The notes under the pieces: model-generated
What the model was told of the DNA's origin: nothing
Seen by the model: only the letters and a program-made list of their open reading frames with translations
Databases searched by the model: none
In this document: in pieces, positions 18,323 through 28,506 of the stretch
How positions within the stretch are numbered: position 1 is the first letter of the stretch
Layout of the letters: each line of letters opens with the position of its first letter
Source: an uncultured Clostridium sp.
Lineage (GTDB): Bacteria > Bacillota > Clostridia > TANB77 > CAG-465
DNA: 64,000 nucleotides
NCBI GenBank assembly: GCA_948470565.1
Contig: CAOKPF010000004.1
Coordinates: 220 to 64,219 of the forward strand
Reading direction: 5' to 3'
Made by a program: the position numbers and the translations under genes

Positions 18323-19529
18323 AATAATGTTAAAGAAAGTAATAATTTTAAATTTAGTAATAATTGTAATAGCTAATATAATTTTTGGATTTGCTAGTTA
18401 TTATGAATATAGAACATATACTGATATTTTTAATAAAAAAGTATCTTTAATTGTTTCAAAAGTATTAGAACAATATCCAAACATTGATAAAAATGATGTA
18501 ATGTATATACTAAATAATGATATGACTCAAAGTGATTTTTCATTTGAGGATTATGGTATTGATTTGAATAAAGATTCGCTTATATTAAAAAATGATAAAT
18601 ATTTTATAAAGTTTTTACTCTTTAATATGATAATTGCAACAATATTATTATTTAGTGTATTAATAGTATTTTTAATATATAATAATTCGAGGAATAAAAC
18701 TTTGATGGAAATAACTAGATATATAGAACAAATTAATAGAAAAAATTACAAATTAGATATTAATGATAATACTGAAGATGAGCTGTCAATACTTAAAAGT
18801 GAAATATATAAGACAACAGTTATGTTAAAGGAAGTGTCAGAAAATTCTATACAAGATAAAATTAATATAAAAAATTCATTATCTGATATATCTCATCAAA
18901 TAAAGACACCACTAACATCAATATCAATTATGCTAGATAATATATTAGATAATGCTAATATGGATATAGAAACAAGAAATACATTTATTAAGGATATAAA
19001 AAAGGAAATTTTAAATATTAACTTTTTGATTAGTTCTTTGTTAAAATTATCAAAGTTTGAAACAAATATAATAAAATTTGTAAAAAGAGAAGAATATGTA
19101 AAGGATATAATTGATCAATCTTTAAAAAATATATCTTCACTATGTGATTTGAAAGATATTAACATAAGTATTAATGGTAATGAAGATTTAAAGATAGTGT
19201 GTGATTTTAGGTGGCAGGTAGAGGCTATTACCAATATTTTAAAAAATTGCATAGAACATTCTAATTCTGGGGGTAAAGTATTTATAAATTATGAAGAATG
19301 CACATTATATACTAAGATAGAAATAAAGGACTTAGGGAATGGAATAGATACAGAAGATTTACCACATATTTTTGAAAGATTTTATAATGGTAAAAATGCT
19401 AATTTTGATAGTATTGGAATAGGTTTGGCTTTAGCAAAATCAATTATTGAAAATAGTAATGGCTATATAAGTGTTACTTCGAATGAACAAAACGGAACAA
19501 TATTTATTATAAAGTATTTTAAAAATTAA
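18312..19529 (+). CDS. Sensor histidine kinase
   Basis: Two TM helices flank a ~85-aa loop. H-box SDISHQIKTPLT. N-box ILKNCIEHS. G-boxes DLGNGI and GIGLALAK. The start is uncertain: ATG 18312 overlaps the regulator stop, and the ORF track gives 18291. Confidence 0.85.
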   Translation: MENKIMLKKVIILNLVIIVIANIIFGFASYYEYRTYTDIFNKKVSLIVSKVLEQYPNIDKNDVMYILNNDMTQSDFSFEDYGIDLNKDSLILKNDKYFIKFLLFNMIIATILLFSVLIVFLIYNNSRNKTLMEITRYIEQINRKNYKLDINDNTEDELSILKSEIYKTTVMLKEVSENSIQDKINIKNSLSDISHQIKTPLTSISIMLDNILDNANMDIETRNTFIKDIKKEILNINFLISSLLKLSKFETNIIKFVKREEYVKDIIDQSLKNISSLCDLKDINISINGNEDLKIVCDFRWQVEAITNILKNCIEHSNSGGKVFINYEECTLYTKIEIKDLGNGIDTEDLPHIFERFYNGKNANFDSIGIGLALAKSIIENSNGYISVTSNEQNGTIFIIKYFKN

Positions 19530-19593
19530 ATATGAAAGTATAAAAAAATTATATTTTTTATAAAAGCACAAGAATAGTTTGTAACTAATTAAA

Positions 19594-19628
19594 AAAATCA
19601 TTGAAAATTTTAATTTCAATGATTTTTA
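19594..19628. terminator. Bidirectional terminator
   Basis: AAAAAAATCATTGAAA...TTTCAATGATTTTT. Confidence 0.75.
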
Positions 19629-19653
19629 GTGTTTTGCTCACTTCTAGTAAAAA

Positions 19654-20157
19654 TTAATGTATGTAATGAAAATTATGGTTTGGGGAGTAAAACCATGAAA
19701 ATCGCTCATCCACATTAATCATTTCTATACTTATATCAATTTTTTTATCATTAGTTAGAATAACTTTTATTTTTTCTATACTTATAGGAAATTCCAATTT
19801 ATTTTCAAGTGCTTTTTTATTCCAAACTAGAGTTGCGACATAATATAAATCATCTGGATTCTTAATATGTGATATAGTATAATCATTAATTATTGGTATA
19901 AATGTTATGCCATTTTCCTCTATTATTCTTTTTAATTTACATATGGAATTTTCGGAAAAATTCTCAAATAAGATATGACATGCACTTGAATGAGTTGTGC
20001 TTGCAAGTTTAAATAAATATAGCTTGATATATTCAAATACACGTTTTTCAAAGTACCCTTCTTCTTGGGAGTTAATTAGCTCCATAGCAAAAGTACATTC
20101 GTTAATATTTTTTTTATTTTCTTTAGGATTATAATCATCAAATACATCATATACCAT
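19654..20157 (-). CDS. Hypothetical cytoplasmic protein
   Basis: 167-aa ORF with SD AGGAGGAA. No motif recognised. Divergent from the HipA-like gene. Confidence 0.5.
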   Translation of the reverse strand: MVYDVFDDYNPKENKKNINECTFAMELINSQEEGYFEKRVFEYIKLYLFKLASTTHSSACHILFENFSENSICKLKRIIEENGITFIPIINDYTISHIKNPDDLYYVATLVWNKKALENKLEFPISIEKIKVILTNDKKIDISIEMINVDERFSWFYSPNHNFHYIH

Positions 20158-20391
20158 TTTTCATTCCTCCTATAATAATAGTAAGACACAATTTCAGTTG
20201 CATAATGATTATATCAGACATATAATTAAAAGTCAATATATATAAATTTTATGAGAAAAATGAAATATCATACATAATGTTTATTTTATTTGCTTTATTT
20301 GTAGTATTATTAAATTAGATAAAAAAATGCTATTAAAATTAATATTGTTATGATATAATAATATAAATAATGATATGAAAGGATTTTAAAT

Positions 20392-21537
20392 ATGTATTAT
20401 TTGAAAATATTTGATGAAACATTACTTACTTTTGAAATGGAAAGGGAGATATCGTTAAAAATATATGATATTAATGTTATTTCCAATAAAATTAATATAT
20501 TTCCTGAGTTATTGCAAGGAGATATTAATAGTGAGACAATTGAAGAATTTTTAAAGCAGAGAATTATACCCAAAAATAGAGCTTTTGTACAAGAGATTCT
20601 TAAAGAACAAGATCTTAATTTAAAAGATATAAAGGGAATAATAGATATATGTAAAGGATTGTCACTTAATGATTGTTACTGGATAGTTAATAATGATAGT
20701 ATGAAATTTAGCGAATATAATTTGTATGACAATAATTTTTCTAATACATTGTCATTAATTGCATTTACAGGATATACGTCAAAAATCAAAGGAATTGCGT
20801 CTTCACCAGAGTTTACAACTAACGGAGCTTTACCTAAAGCATGGAGAAAAATAGATGATAATATTTATTTATATAAGGGAAGTACTGAAAGGTTAAATTG
20901 TTCTAATACAGGATATGAACCATATAGCGAGTATTATGCAAGTAAACTTGCAGATATAATGGGAATAAATGTTGTAAAATATGATTTAGATAAATGGAAA
21001 GGTATACTTGCCTCTGTGTGTAAGTTATTTACATCTAAAGAATATTCTTATGTTCCAATTTGGCAAGTGGTAAAGACTGATAAAATTGATGAAATATATA
21101 AATGGTCATGTGAAAATGGTTTTAAGAAAAAATTTTCTGATATGATAATTTTTGATAGTTTAGTGCTAAATTCTGATCGTCATTTAGGAAATTTTGGAGT
21201 TATAAAGAATAATTTAACAGGTAAGTATATTGACTTTGCTCCAATTTTTGATAATGGAGAAAGTTTACTTGCAAAAGGGGATATTAGTGCTTTTGAAAGT
21301 GAGAAAGTATTTATAGATTATATCAATAGTAATTTTATTAATACTTCATATTATGGAGTTAATTATAAAGAGTTAGTAAAAGCATTTTGTGATAAGTCCC
21401 ATGTAGCTAATTTAAGGAAAGTATTAACATTTAGTTTTCCAAAGCACCCTAAGTATAACTTGCAAGATAGTCGTTTAAAATTACTTGAAACTATGGTAAG
21501 AATGAGAGCAAATATGTTAATTGAGGAATTAAAATAA
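20392..21537 (+). CDS. HipA-like kinase-domain protein
   Basis: C-terminal catalytic-loop-like LNSDRHLGNFGV followed by FAPIFDNG (compare the HipA D-x-H-x-x-N and APxYD motifs). N-terminal GLSLNDCYWIV block. No adjacent HTH gene. Confidence 0.55.
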   Translation: MYYLKIFDETLLTFEMEREISLKIYDINVISNKINIFPELLQGDINSETIEEFLKQRIIPKNRAFVQEILKEQDLNLKDIKGIIDICKGLSLNDCYWIVNNDSMKFSEYNLYDNNFSNTLSLIAFTGYTSKIKGIASSPEFTTNGALPKAWRKIDDNIYLYKGSTERLNCSNTGYEPYSEYYASKLADIMGINVVKYDLDKWKGILASVCKLFTSKEYSYVPIWQVVKTDKIDEIYKWSCENGFKKKFSDMIIFDSLVLNSDRHLGNFGVIKNNLTGKYIDFAPIFDNGESLLAKGDISAFESEKVFIDYINSNFINTSYYGVNYKELVKAFCDKSHVANLRKVLTFSFPKHPKYNLQDSRLKLLETMVRMRANMLIEELK

Positions 21538-21561
21538 TTAGGAGCTATAAAAGTTTGTATG

Positions 21562-21591
21562 AAAAATGAGTGAGAAATTCACTCATTTTTA
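21562..21591 (+). terminator. Rho-independent terminator
   Basis: AAAATGAGTGA-gaaat-TCACTCATTTTT. Confidence 0.8.
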
Positions 21592-21708
21592 TATGGAAGT
21601 GCTACAATATTTAATATCTAAAATTATAAATATTTAAGTATTATCCTATAAAGTATAAAAGATAATAATATATCCACACTGTAAAAACCTATATCTAGCT
21701 TTTGTTTA

Positions 21709-22918
21709 TTATATATATTCAACAGGTATATAATTATTGTTATCATCTATTGGAAATACCTCGTCTATATTGCATATAATACCACCATTTCCAATCTTTT
21801 TGCCAAGCCTGTTTAGAATTTTAAAATTCTTTATCAAATTTTTTTGAGGTGTTGAATCTTTTTTTATCTCTATTGGATATAATCTATTGTCATAATTTAT
21901 GATAAGGTCTATTTCTATTTTATCTTTATCTCTATAATAATATATTTGTGACTCCTTTGCGTTATTATAATATTTTTTTATAATTTCAGATATAACATAG
22001 TTTCAAAAAAATTACCAGCAACACTGCTATTTTCTGGTGTTTCATAATTTGACCACTTTGTAAGATAGGCACAAAGTCCAGTATCTTGGAAATATACTTT
22101 ATTCATTTTATTCATTCGTTTTAAAATATTACTTTCATAAGGAGGTAAAATATTTTTTATACCAGAAGTTACCAATATTGATAACCACTGCTTTACAGTA
22201 TTTACAGTTACACCAACCTCATTAGAAATATTTGTATAATTTAATTGTTCACCAGTTCTAGCAGCAATAGTAGTAAGAAATCTCATGAAAAGCATTTCAT
22301 CAGCAACTTGTGTAAGTTGCCTTACATCTCTTTCTAAATATGTTTGTATATATGATGAATAGTAAATATCTCTATCAATTTCTGCGTTTGTAATAAGTTT
22401 TGGCGTTGAACCTTGAAAAATGTATTTAAATATGTTGTCAGCCTTTTTTAGCTTTTTTTCTTTATTTGTTAGATACTCTTTTGTAGGTAAAAATATTGTA
22501 TTGTCAATGTTATTCGTTATTTCATCATATGACAGTCCTTGAAGATTTAAACATGCAACACGTCCTGCTAAACTTTCAGTAATATCTTTCATCATATTAA
22601 ATTTTTGTGAGCCTGTTATCCAAAACTCGCCAGGTTTATTATTCTTATCAACATGCATTTTTATATAAGGTAGTAATTCAGGAACATATTGTATTTCATC
22701 TATTAATAATGGTGGATTGTATTTTTTAAAGAACCATGCGGGATCTTGTTTGGTCTCCATTCTAATAATAGGGTCATCAAATGTAACAAACTTCCTATTG
22801 CTATCTAGATTTTGTAGCAATGTAGTTTTACCAACTTGTCTAGGACCAGTAAGCATTACTACTAGAAACGTATTACTAACATTAATTATTTTTCTTTAAT
22901 TTCTCTTCTTATAAACAT
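21709..22918 (-). pseudogene. AAA_14/DUF4143 ATPase broken by two single-base deletions
   Basis: Three frame pieces: MFIRREIKEK* ; (RK)IINVSNTFLVVMLTGPRQVGKTTLL...AGNFFET.. ; YVISEIIKKYYNNAKESQIYYYRDKDKIEIDLIINYDNRLYPIEIKK...VEYI*. The first break is in a 5-nt homopolymer (22889-22893); one extra base restores the frame. The second break is near 21999. Confidence 0.8.
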
Positions 22919-23047
22919 AACTATACCTCTTGACTAATTTATAATTATATTATAGCGTAGCCTAATAAATATTTAATTAAAGATATAGTTTTTTATGTAA
23001 AAGAGAAATATTTTTAATTTATTCTATATAAAAGTAAATTTTTTTCA

Positions 23048-23076
23048 TTGACTAAGCTTTAAATTTATGGTATAAT
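23048..23076 (+). promoter_or_regulatory. Near-consensus sigma-A promoter
   Basis: TTGACT, a 17-nt spacer, then TATAAT with upstream TG (TGgTATAAT). Confidence 0.7.
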
Positions 23077-23135
23077 GCGTCAAAGAAATTCTAAAAATAT
23101 TTGTTAATTAATAAATTTTGAGAGGAGGTAAAATT

Positions 23136-23768
23136 ATGTCTGATAGTATTATTTTAGTAGATCTTGATGGTACTTTGATAGACTTTAAAGCTATTGATGA
23201 TATTATTATTTTAAAAATTTTTCGGAATAATAGAATTGTAAAATTTGTAAATAACATTCTTTGGAAAATAAATTTGTTAGATTTTTTCCCTAATAATGGT
23301 TTAATCTTTTCAGCTAGAATGCTAATTTACAATATTTTTTCTAAAAATAGCTTTTTCCAGACCATGGTAATTTATGGAGAACTATATGAAAAATACGCAA
23401 ATGAAAGTATAATTAATCAATATGCAAAATTTGATTTACTAAAGGAGAGAGGATATAAAATTATTGTAATTACACAAAATATGTACTGTGCTAAAAAGTT
23501 TGATATAAATATAGTCAGTACAAGTAATAAGTTAAAATATGTAAAGAAAAATTTTGACAAAGAAAATATAAAATATGTTATAGGTAACAATTATCATGAC
23601 GATATAAAAATGGCATATAATATAAATGCCAAGGCTATCTATATTGGAAATAGCAGTTTAGTAAAAAAAATTTTAAGGAAAAATAGCTATAATGTATGTA
23701 GTATACAAGAGGCTGTTAATGTAATTTTAAAAGATATAGATGAAAATAATTATAATAAAAAAGACTAA
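23136..23768 (+). CDS. HAD-superfamily hydrolase
   Basis: Start at ATG 23136 (SD GAGGAGG). Motif I LVDLDGTLID. A downstream GNNYHDD acidic motif. The small cap region is poorly conserved. Confidence 0.6.
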   Translation: MSDSIILVDLDGTLIDFKAIDDIIILKIFRNNRIVKFVNNILWKINLLDFFPNNGLIFSARMLIYNIFSKNSFFQTMVIYGELYEKYANESIINQYAKFDLLKERGYKIIVITQNMYCAKKFDINIVSTSNKLKYVKKNFDKENIKYVIGNNYHDDIKMAYNINAKAIYIGNSSLVKKILRKNSYNVCSIQEAVNVILKDIDENNYNKKD

Positions 23769-23833
23769 TCTTACGAGTGTAACTTTAGTCTTTTTTATTT
23801 TAACATTTTTATAAATAGAAGTTTTATTTATCA

Positions 23834-24637
23834 TTATTGACTATTTGTTATTTTTACTAGTCTAACTGTTACATTTTGTGCATCATTACTTGCATATATT
23901 TTTATACTACCATCTGTATTATTAATAAATTTTAAGTCAAGTGAGTCATAAAGTATAGTAGCATCTTTATCTTTTGGTACATAATATACACGTCTGCTGT
24001 GCGGGTGTCTTTCAGTAACTTCAAGTCCTGCAATTAATGCAGTGTTATACAAAGTACTACTAATCTGACACATACCACCACCAGGAATTTGAATTTTTTT
24101 ACCATTACCATCAAATCCAACAGCTTTTTTAAAGCCTTGAGCCTCTCCCATAGGACCTACTGTTCCATTAAATGAAAACTCACTCCCTTTTTCAATAACT
24201 TTACCATTTATTTTAGAAATTGCAAGGGTAATATTGTCAACTCTATTTTGATCTTTATCATATATTGTAGTAGTATAAGCTGCAATTTCGGTTTCTGTTT
24301 GTTCAGGTACTGGCGGTTTGGTATTAGTTGTATTGCTATTTTGAACATCTACATTTAATCTATCCTTTTCCTCTTCTGATACTGTGACATTGGAATTATT
24401 TGATGTACCAGAATTTGAATTATTTGTATTGTTTGAATTATTTGAATTACTACCATTTGGAGTAGAATTTTGAGACGGTGTAGTTGTATTTGTGTTTGTG
24501 TTATCATTATTAGATGTGTTAATTTTTAGCAGATTTTTTGAAGAGAAAACAGAATATAATACAACTAATATAATTATAGCAATTAAAATAATTGTAAAAA
24601 TCAATGCTATATTATCATTATTTTTACTTTCTTTCAT
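23834..24637 (-). CDS. VanW-family protein, membrane anchored, with N/S/T-rich linker
   Basis: N-terminal TM, an NSN/NT low-complexity linker, and a C-terminal VanW-like block GGGMCQISSTLYNTALIAGLEVTERHPHS. Confidence 0.75.
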   Translation of the reverse strand: MKESKNNDNIALIFTIILIAIIILVVLYSVFSSKNLLKINTSNNDNTNTNTTTPSQNSTPNGSNSNNSNNTNNSNSGTSNNSNVTVSEEEKDRLNVDVQNSNTTNTKPPVPEQTETEIAAYTTTIYDKDQNRVDNITLAISKINGKVIEKGSEFSFNGTVGPMGEAQGFKKAVGFDGNGKKIQIPGGGMCQISSTLYNTALIAGLEVTERHPHSRRVYYVPKDKDATILYDSLDLKFINNTDGSIKIYASNDAQNVTVRLVKITNSQ

Positions 24638-24851
24638 AATTAATTACATTCCTTTCGTCAATATATAAATTACATAGTATTAATTTGTTTTAAAATACTA
24701 TAAAAAAATACATATTTATTTTGTAATATTTTGTGTAAAAAATAAAAAAATATGTAAATAATAAAAAATAAATTTGTAAAAAAAAATAAAAATATGTAAA
24801 ATAATTTTAAAAATTATCTTTACATACAAATTTGTCTATGATAAAATATTT

Positions 24852-25490
24852 GTGGTGAGTTTTTTGAGTGAAGAAGAGTTAAAGAGATTAAAAGAAATGA
24901 ATAAAATAGAAGAAAATTTACATAAAAAAGGATATGAACTTGTATGTGGAGTTGATGAGGCAGGTAGAGGACCATTGTGTGGACCTGTTGTGGCAGCAGC
25001 TGTAATTTTAAAGCAAGGGACATATATAGAGGGCGTAAATGATTCTAAAAAATTAACTGAGAAAAAAAGAGAAAAACTTTATGATGATATAATGAAAATG
25101 GCGATTGCTGTTGGAATTGGTATAAGTGATGTGCAAGTAATAGAAGAGGTAAATATATTAAATGCGACAAAACTTGCAATGAAAACTGCGATTTTAAATT
25201 TAAAAATAAAACCTGAATATATATTAATAGATGGAAATCAAATGATAGATATAGATATACCAGGAGAAACAGTAATATCTGGTGATGCGAAATCTGAAAC
25301 AATTGCAGCAGCTTCAATTATTGCAAAGGTTACAAGGGATAGAATGCTTATAGAATATGATAAAGAATATCCTGAATATGGTTTTGCAAAACATAAGGGG
25401 TATGGAACTAAAGTACATATTGAGGCGATAGGCAAGTATGGACTTACACCAATTCATAGACCTAGTTTTTGTAAAAAATTTGTAAAATAA
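24852..25490 (+). CDS. rnhB: Ribonuclease HII
   Basis: GVDEAGRGPLCGPVVAAAV, DSKKL, and the IIAKVTRDR..., KGYG motifs. The exact start codon is uncertain (GTG 24852, no clear SD). Confidence 0.93.
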   Translation: MVSFLSEEELKRLKEMNKIEENLHKKGYELVCGVDEAGRGPLCGPVVAAAVILKQGTYIEGVNDSKKLTEKKREKLYDDIMKMAIAVGIGISDVQVIEEVNILNATKLAMKTAILNLKIKPEYILIDGNQMIDIDIPGETVISGDAKSETIAAASIIAKVTRDRMLIEYDKEYPEYGFAKHKGYGTKVHIEAIGKYGLTPIHRPSFCKKFVK

Positions 25491-25584
25491 AAGCGTAAAA
25501 TGCAAAAATTACATAAAAATGTTGAAAAAAGATATATTATTTGTTAAAATATAACAATAAATGATTTAGTGGGGAAGGATATTT

Positions 25585-26562
25585 ATGAAAAAATTTTTTA
25601 AGATTATGGGACTTTTTTTATTGTTTCAAATTATTTATGTTCCAATTTTGTCAATTTGTTTAGTATATTATGGACCATTTACACATATAAGAGATATGAT
25701 AGTCACAACTGCTATGACTACTATGTCACATCAGTATTTTGCTACATGGTTTTTAAGTAATGAGAAAATAGATGAAATTTTAAAAGCTAATAGACCTGAG
25801 GAGGTTTTAGCAGAACAAGAGTTAGATGAAATTGAAATAAAGGAAACAGAAGAGGTTTCTAATGATACGGATGGTATAGAATTAGTTGATGTTAGTACTA
25901 ACTCATTTAATGGATATTTACTTATTGTAAGTGATCCATCTCGTGTAAAACTTGTAACTGCTCCAAAGCTTGGAGTGGTTGGTTCTACTACATCTCAAAT
26001 AGTAGAAGCATATGATGCAATAGGTGGTATTAATGCAGGAGGTTTTGCTGATGATGCATTGGGTACAGGTGGTAAACCTAGTGGAATTATAATTCAAAAT
26101 GGTGAGTTAAAGACAGGGAATACATCAGGTTCATATAAAATTGTGGGAATTGATGCAAATAATAAAATGATAGTTTCAAACTCTATGACCTATTCAAAAA
26201 TGAAACAGCTAAATATACAAAGTGCAGTGTCCTTTGGACCAGTTATAATACTTAATGGTAATAAGACTATATATAGTGGTGATGGGGGCTGGGGTATTCA
26301 GCCAAGAACTGCAATTGGTCAAAGAAAAGATGGAACTATACTTATGCTTGTAATAGATGGAAGGCAAGCAGGTAGTCTTGGTGCAACATTAAAAAATGTT
26401 CAAGATATTTTCTTAAAATATGATGCATATAATGCATTTAATCTTGATGGAGGAGCATCAAGTACTATGGTATTTGATTCTAAACTTATTAATAATCCTA
26501 GTGATATAATGGGGGAAAGATATGTTCCATCAGCTTTTATAATAACTAAAGCTAATAAGTAA
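25585..26562 (+). CDS. Phosphodiester glycosidase (DUF2233/NAGPA-like) family protein, membrane anchored
   Basis: N-terminal TM helices. C-terminal GINAGGF...RTAIGQRKDGTILMLVIDGR...AFNLDGGASSTM pattern is characteristic of this family. Confidence 0.75.
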   Translation: MKKFFKIMGLFLLFQIIYVPILSICLVYYGPFTHIRDMIVTTAMTTMSHQYFATWFLSNEKIDEILKANRPEEVLAEQELDEIEIKETEEVSNDTDGIELVDVSTNSFNGYLLIVSDPSRVKLVTAPKLGVVGSTTSQIVEAYDAIGGINAGGFADDALGTGGKPSGIIIQNGELKTGNTSGSYKIVGIDANNKMIVSNSMTYSKMKQLNIQSAVSFGPVIILNGNKTIYSGDGGWGIQPRTAIGQRKDGTILMLVIDGRQAGSLGATLKNVQDIFLKYDAYNAFNLDGGASSTMVFDSKLINNPSDIMGERYVPSAFIITKANK

Positions 26563-26574
26563 AAGAGGTAAAAT

Positions 26575-27612
26575 ATGAAAAAATTTTTGTTATACTTAGT
26601 TGTATTTTTTTCAATTGGTACAATTGTTACAATATTTGTATTATATAATGTTGATAAGTATATATATAGTTTGAGTAATTCTGAAACAGAGATAAAAACT
26701 GCATCTAAACAAAATTCTATGATTGCATTACTGGATAAAAAAGAGAGTACTCCAAAAATTGTAATTCCAAATGATGCTAAAGATTTAGAATATTCATATA
26801 ATAATAAATATTATACATATCTTAGTGATTCGAAAATATATATTAATAATATAAAGGATGGAAAAAATGTTACAGTTATAGAAGAGGATAATCCTATATG
26901 TTATTGTACTTTATTATATGATAAGAATTTAATATTATATTTTACGCAATCTGTTAAAGGAACTACTTCTACATTAGTACTAAAAACATACAATATAGAT
27001 AATGAGGTAAAAAGTTCATATAATAAATTTGTAGTTAATAATTTTTCATGTATAAAGGATATGCATATGTCACCAGTTATAAATATAATATATATAAATG
27101 TTGAAACAAAAAATGGTAATAAAGCTAATAATATAATTTATAGAATAGATTTATTTAATAGTATGTCAACAGTAAAGTCAGGACTTATTGTTAATAAAAT
27201 GTTGATGTTGCAAAATAAAGATATGGTATATTATGAAGATGTTAATTCAAATATATATTATGGTTCACAAAAATTAAGGGCATTTAAAGAAGATGTAGAA
27301 ATGATTGGAATAGATGAAAATGATGCATTATATTTCTTAAGTTCAAAGAATAAAAATAAAGTGTATAAGGTTGTTGGAAATAAGATAAAGGATACTATCG
27401 AATTAGAAGATACTAATATTGTTACAACATATACAAATAATAAAGGAGTATATATAATCTATAAAGATTATGTTATAAATGTAACTTCAAGTAATCCATT
27501 AAAGAAGATCGGCAGATTGTCCGAATATGTAAAATTTGAAGCTATAAAGGCAAATAAGATGTATATGAGAACAGCAGATAATACACTTATTAGTGTAGAT
27601 ATAAAAGAGTAG
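26575..27612 (+). CDS. Hypothetical membrane-anchored protein
   Basis: Single N-terminal TM, then a beta-rich N/Y/K-rich ectodomain. SD AGAGG. No family recognised. Confidence 0.5.
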   Translation: MKKFLLYLVVFFSIGTIVTIFVLYNVDKYIYSLSNSETEIKTASKQNSMIALLDKKESTPKIVIPNDAKDLEYSYNNKYYTYLSDSKIYINNIKDGKNVTVIEEDNPICYCTLLYDKNLILYFTQSVKGTTSTLVLKTYNIDNEVKSSYNKFVVNNFSCIKDMHMSPVINIIYINVETKNGNKANNIIYRIDLFNSMSTVKSGLIVNKMLMLQNKDMVYYEDVNSNIYYGSQKLRAFKEDVEMIGIDENDALYFLSSKNKNKVYKVVGNKIKDTIELEDTNIVTTYTNNKGVYIIYKDYVINVTSSNPLKKIGRLSEYVKFEAIKANKMYMRTADNTLISVDIKE

Positions 27613-27623
27613 GGGGAGATTAA

Positions 27624-28448
27624 TTGTTTAGTATATTACAGTCTATAATACTAGGAATAGTGCAAGGAATAGGTGAATTTTTACCTATTTCCAGTTCTGC
27701 ACATTTAATACTTGTAAGGTATTTGTTTAATTTTCCAAGTATTGATGAGTCATTTGAGCTTGCTTTTGATGTGGCATTACATTTAGGAACTTTAGTTGCA
27801 GTATTACTAGTTTTTTGGAAAGATTGGTTAAATTTATTTGTTGGAGCAGTAGAGGGAATTACTAAGAAGAAAAAAACGTTTAATTCAAAGATGTTTTGGT
27901 ATTTAGTAGCAGCAACTATACCAGGAGCTATTATAGGTTTTATATTTGAAGATATAATTGAAGAATTTGTAAGAGGTAATGTAGTAATTATTTCAATATG
28001 TCTTGCGGTTATGGGAGTACTTATTTATCTTGGGGATAAATGGTCAGAAAAAAAATATAAAACTCCAGTTGAATATAAAGATATGAATTTTAAGCAAACA
28101 TTTATAATAGGACTTTCACAAGCTCTTGCTGTAATACCTGGTTTTTCACGTTCAGGTACAACAATACTTGCTGCAAGAATTATGGGAATCTCTAGAGAGG
28201 CAGCAGCAAAATTTACATTTTTGTTATCAACACCAATTATATTTGGAGCAGCTCTGCTAAAAATTAAAAAATTATTTGTATGTTTTGACTTGTCAATAAT
28301 AATAGGTGTTGTAACTGCTGCTATAGTAGGTGTGCTTAGTATAAAATTTTTATTAAGATATATTAAGAAAAATGATTTTGCAGTATTTGCTTATTATAGA
28401 GTTATATTTGCAATTATAATTTTAGTAAAATTTTTTGTATTTAGTTAG
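27624..28448 (+). CDS. uppP: Undecaprenyl-diphosphate phosphatase
   Basis: TTG start with SD GGGGGAG. GEFLPISSSAHL and PGFSRSG motifs. 8 TM helices. Confidence 0.95.
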   Translation: MFSILQSIILGIVQGIGEFLPISSSAHLILVRYLFNFPSIDESFELAFDVALHLGTLVAVLLVFWKDWLNLFVGAVEGITKKKKTFNSKMFWYLVAATIPGAIIGFIFEDIIEEFVRGNVVIISICLAVMGVLIYLGDKWSEKKYKTPVEYKDMNFKQTFIIGLSQALAVIPGFSRSGTTILAARIMGISREAAAKFTFLLSTPIIFGAALLKIKKLFVCFDLSIIIGVVTAAIVGVLSIKFLLRYIKKNDFAVFAYYRVIFAIIILVKFFVFS

Positions 28449-28506
28449 AATAATTTTTATAAAAAGAATATAGTGGTAAAATTATTTTATTTGTATAGGT
28501 GAACAA

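Noticed and set aside
24722-24799. Recurrent TGTAA(A) motifs in an A-tract-rich divergent promoter region (spacings 12, 19, 22, 20 bp)
   Set aside because: The spacing is irregular and the AT bias is extreme. This is likely intrinsically curved or UP-element-like DNA rather than a discrete repeat element.
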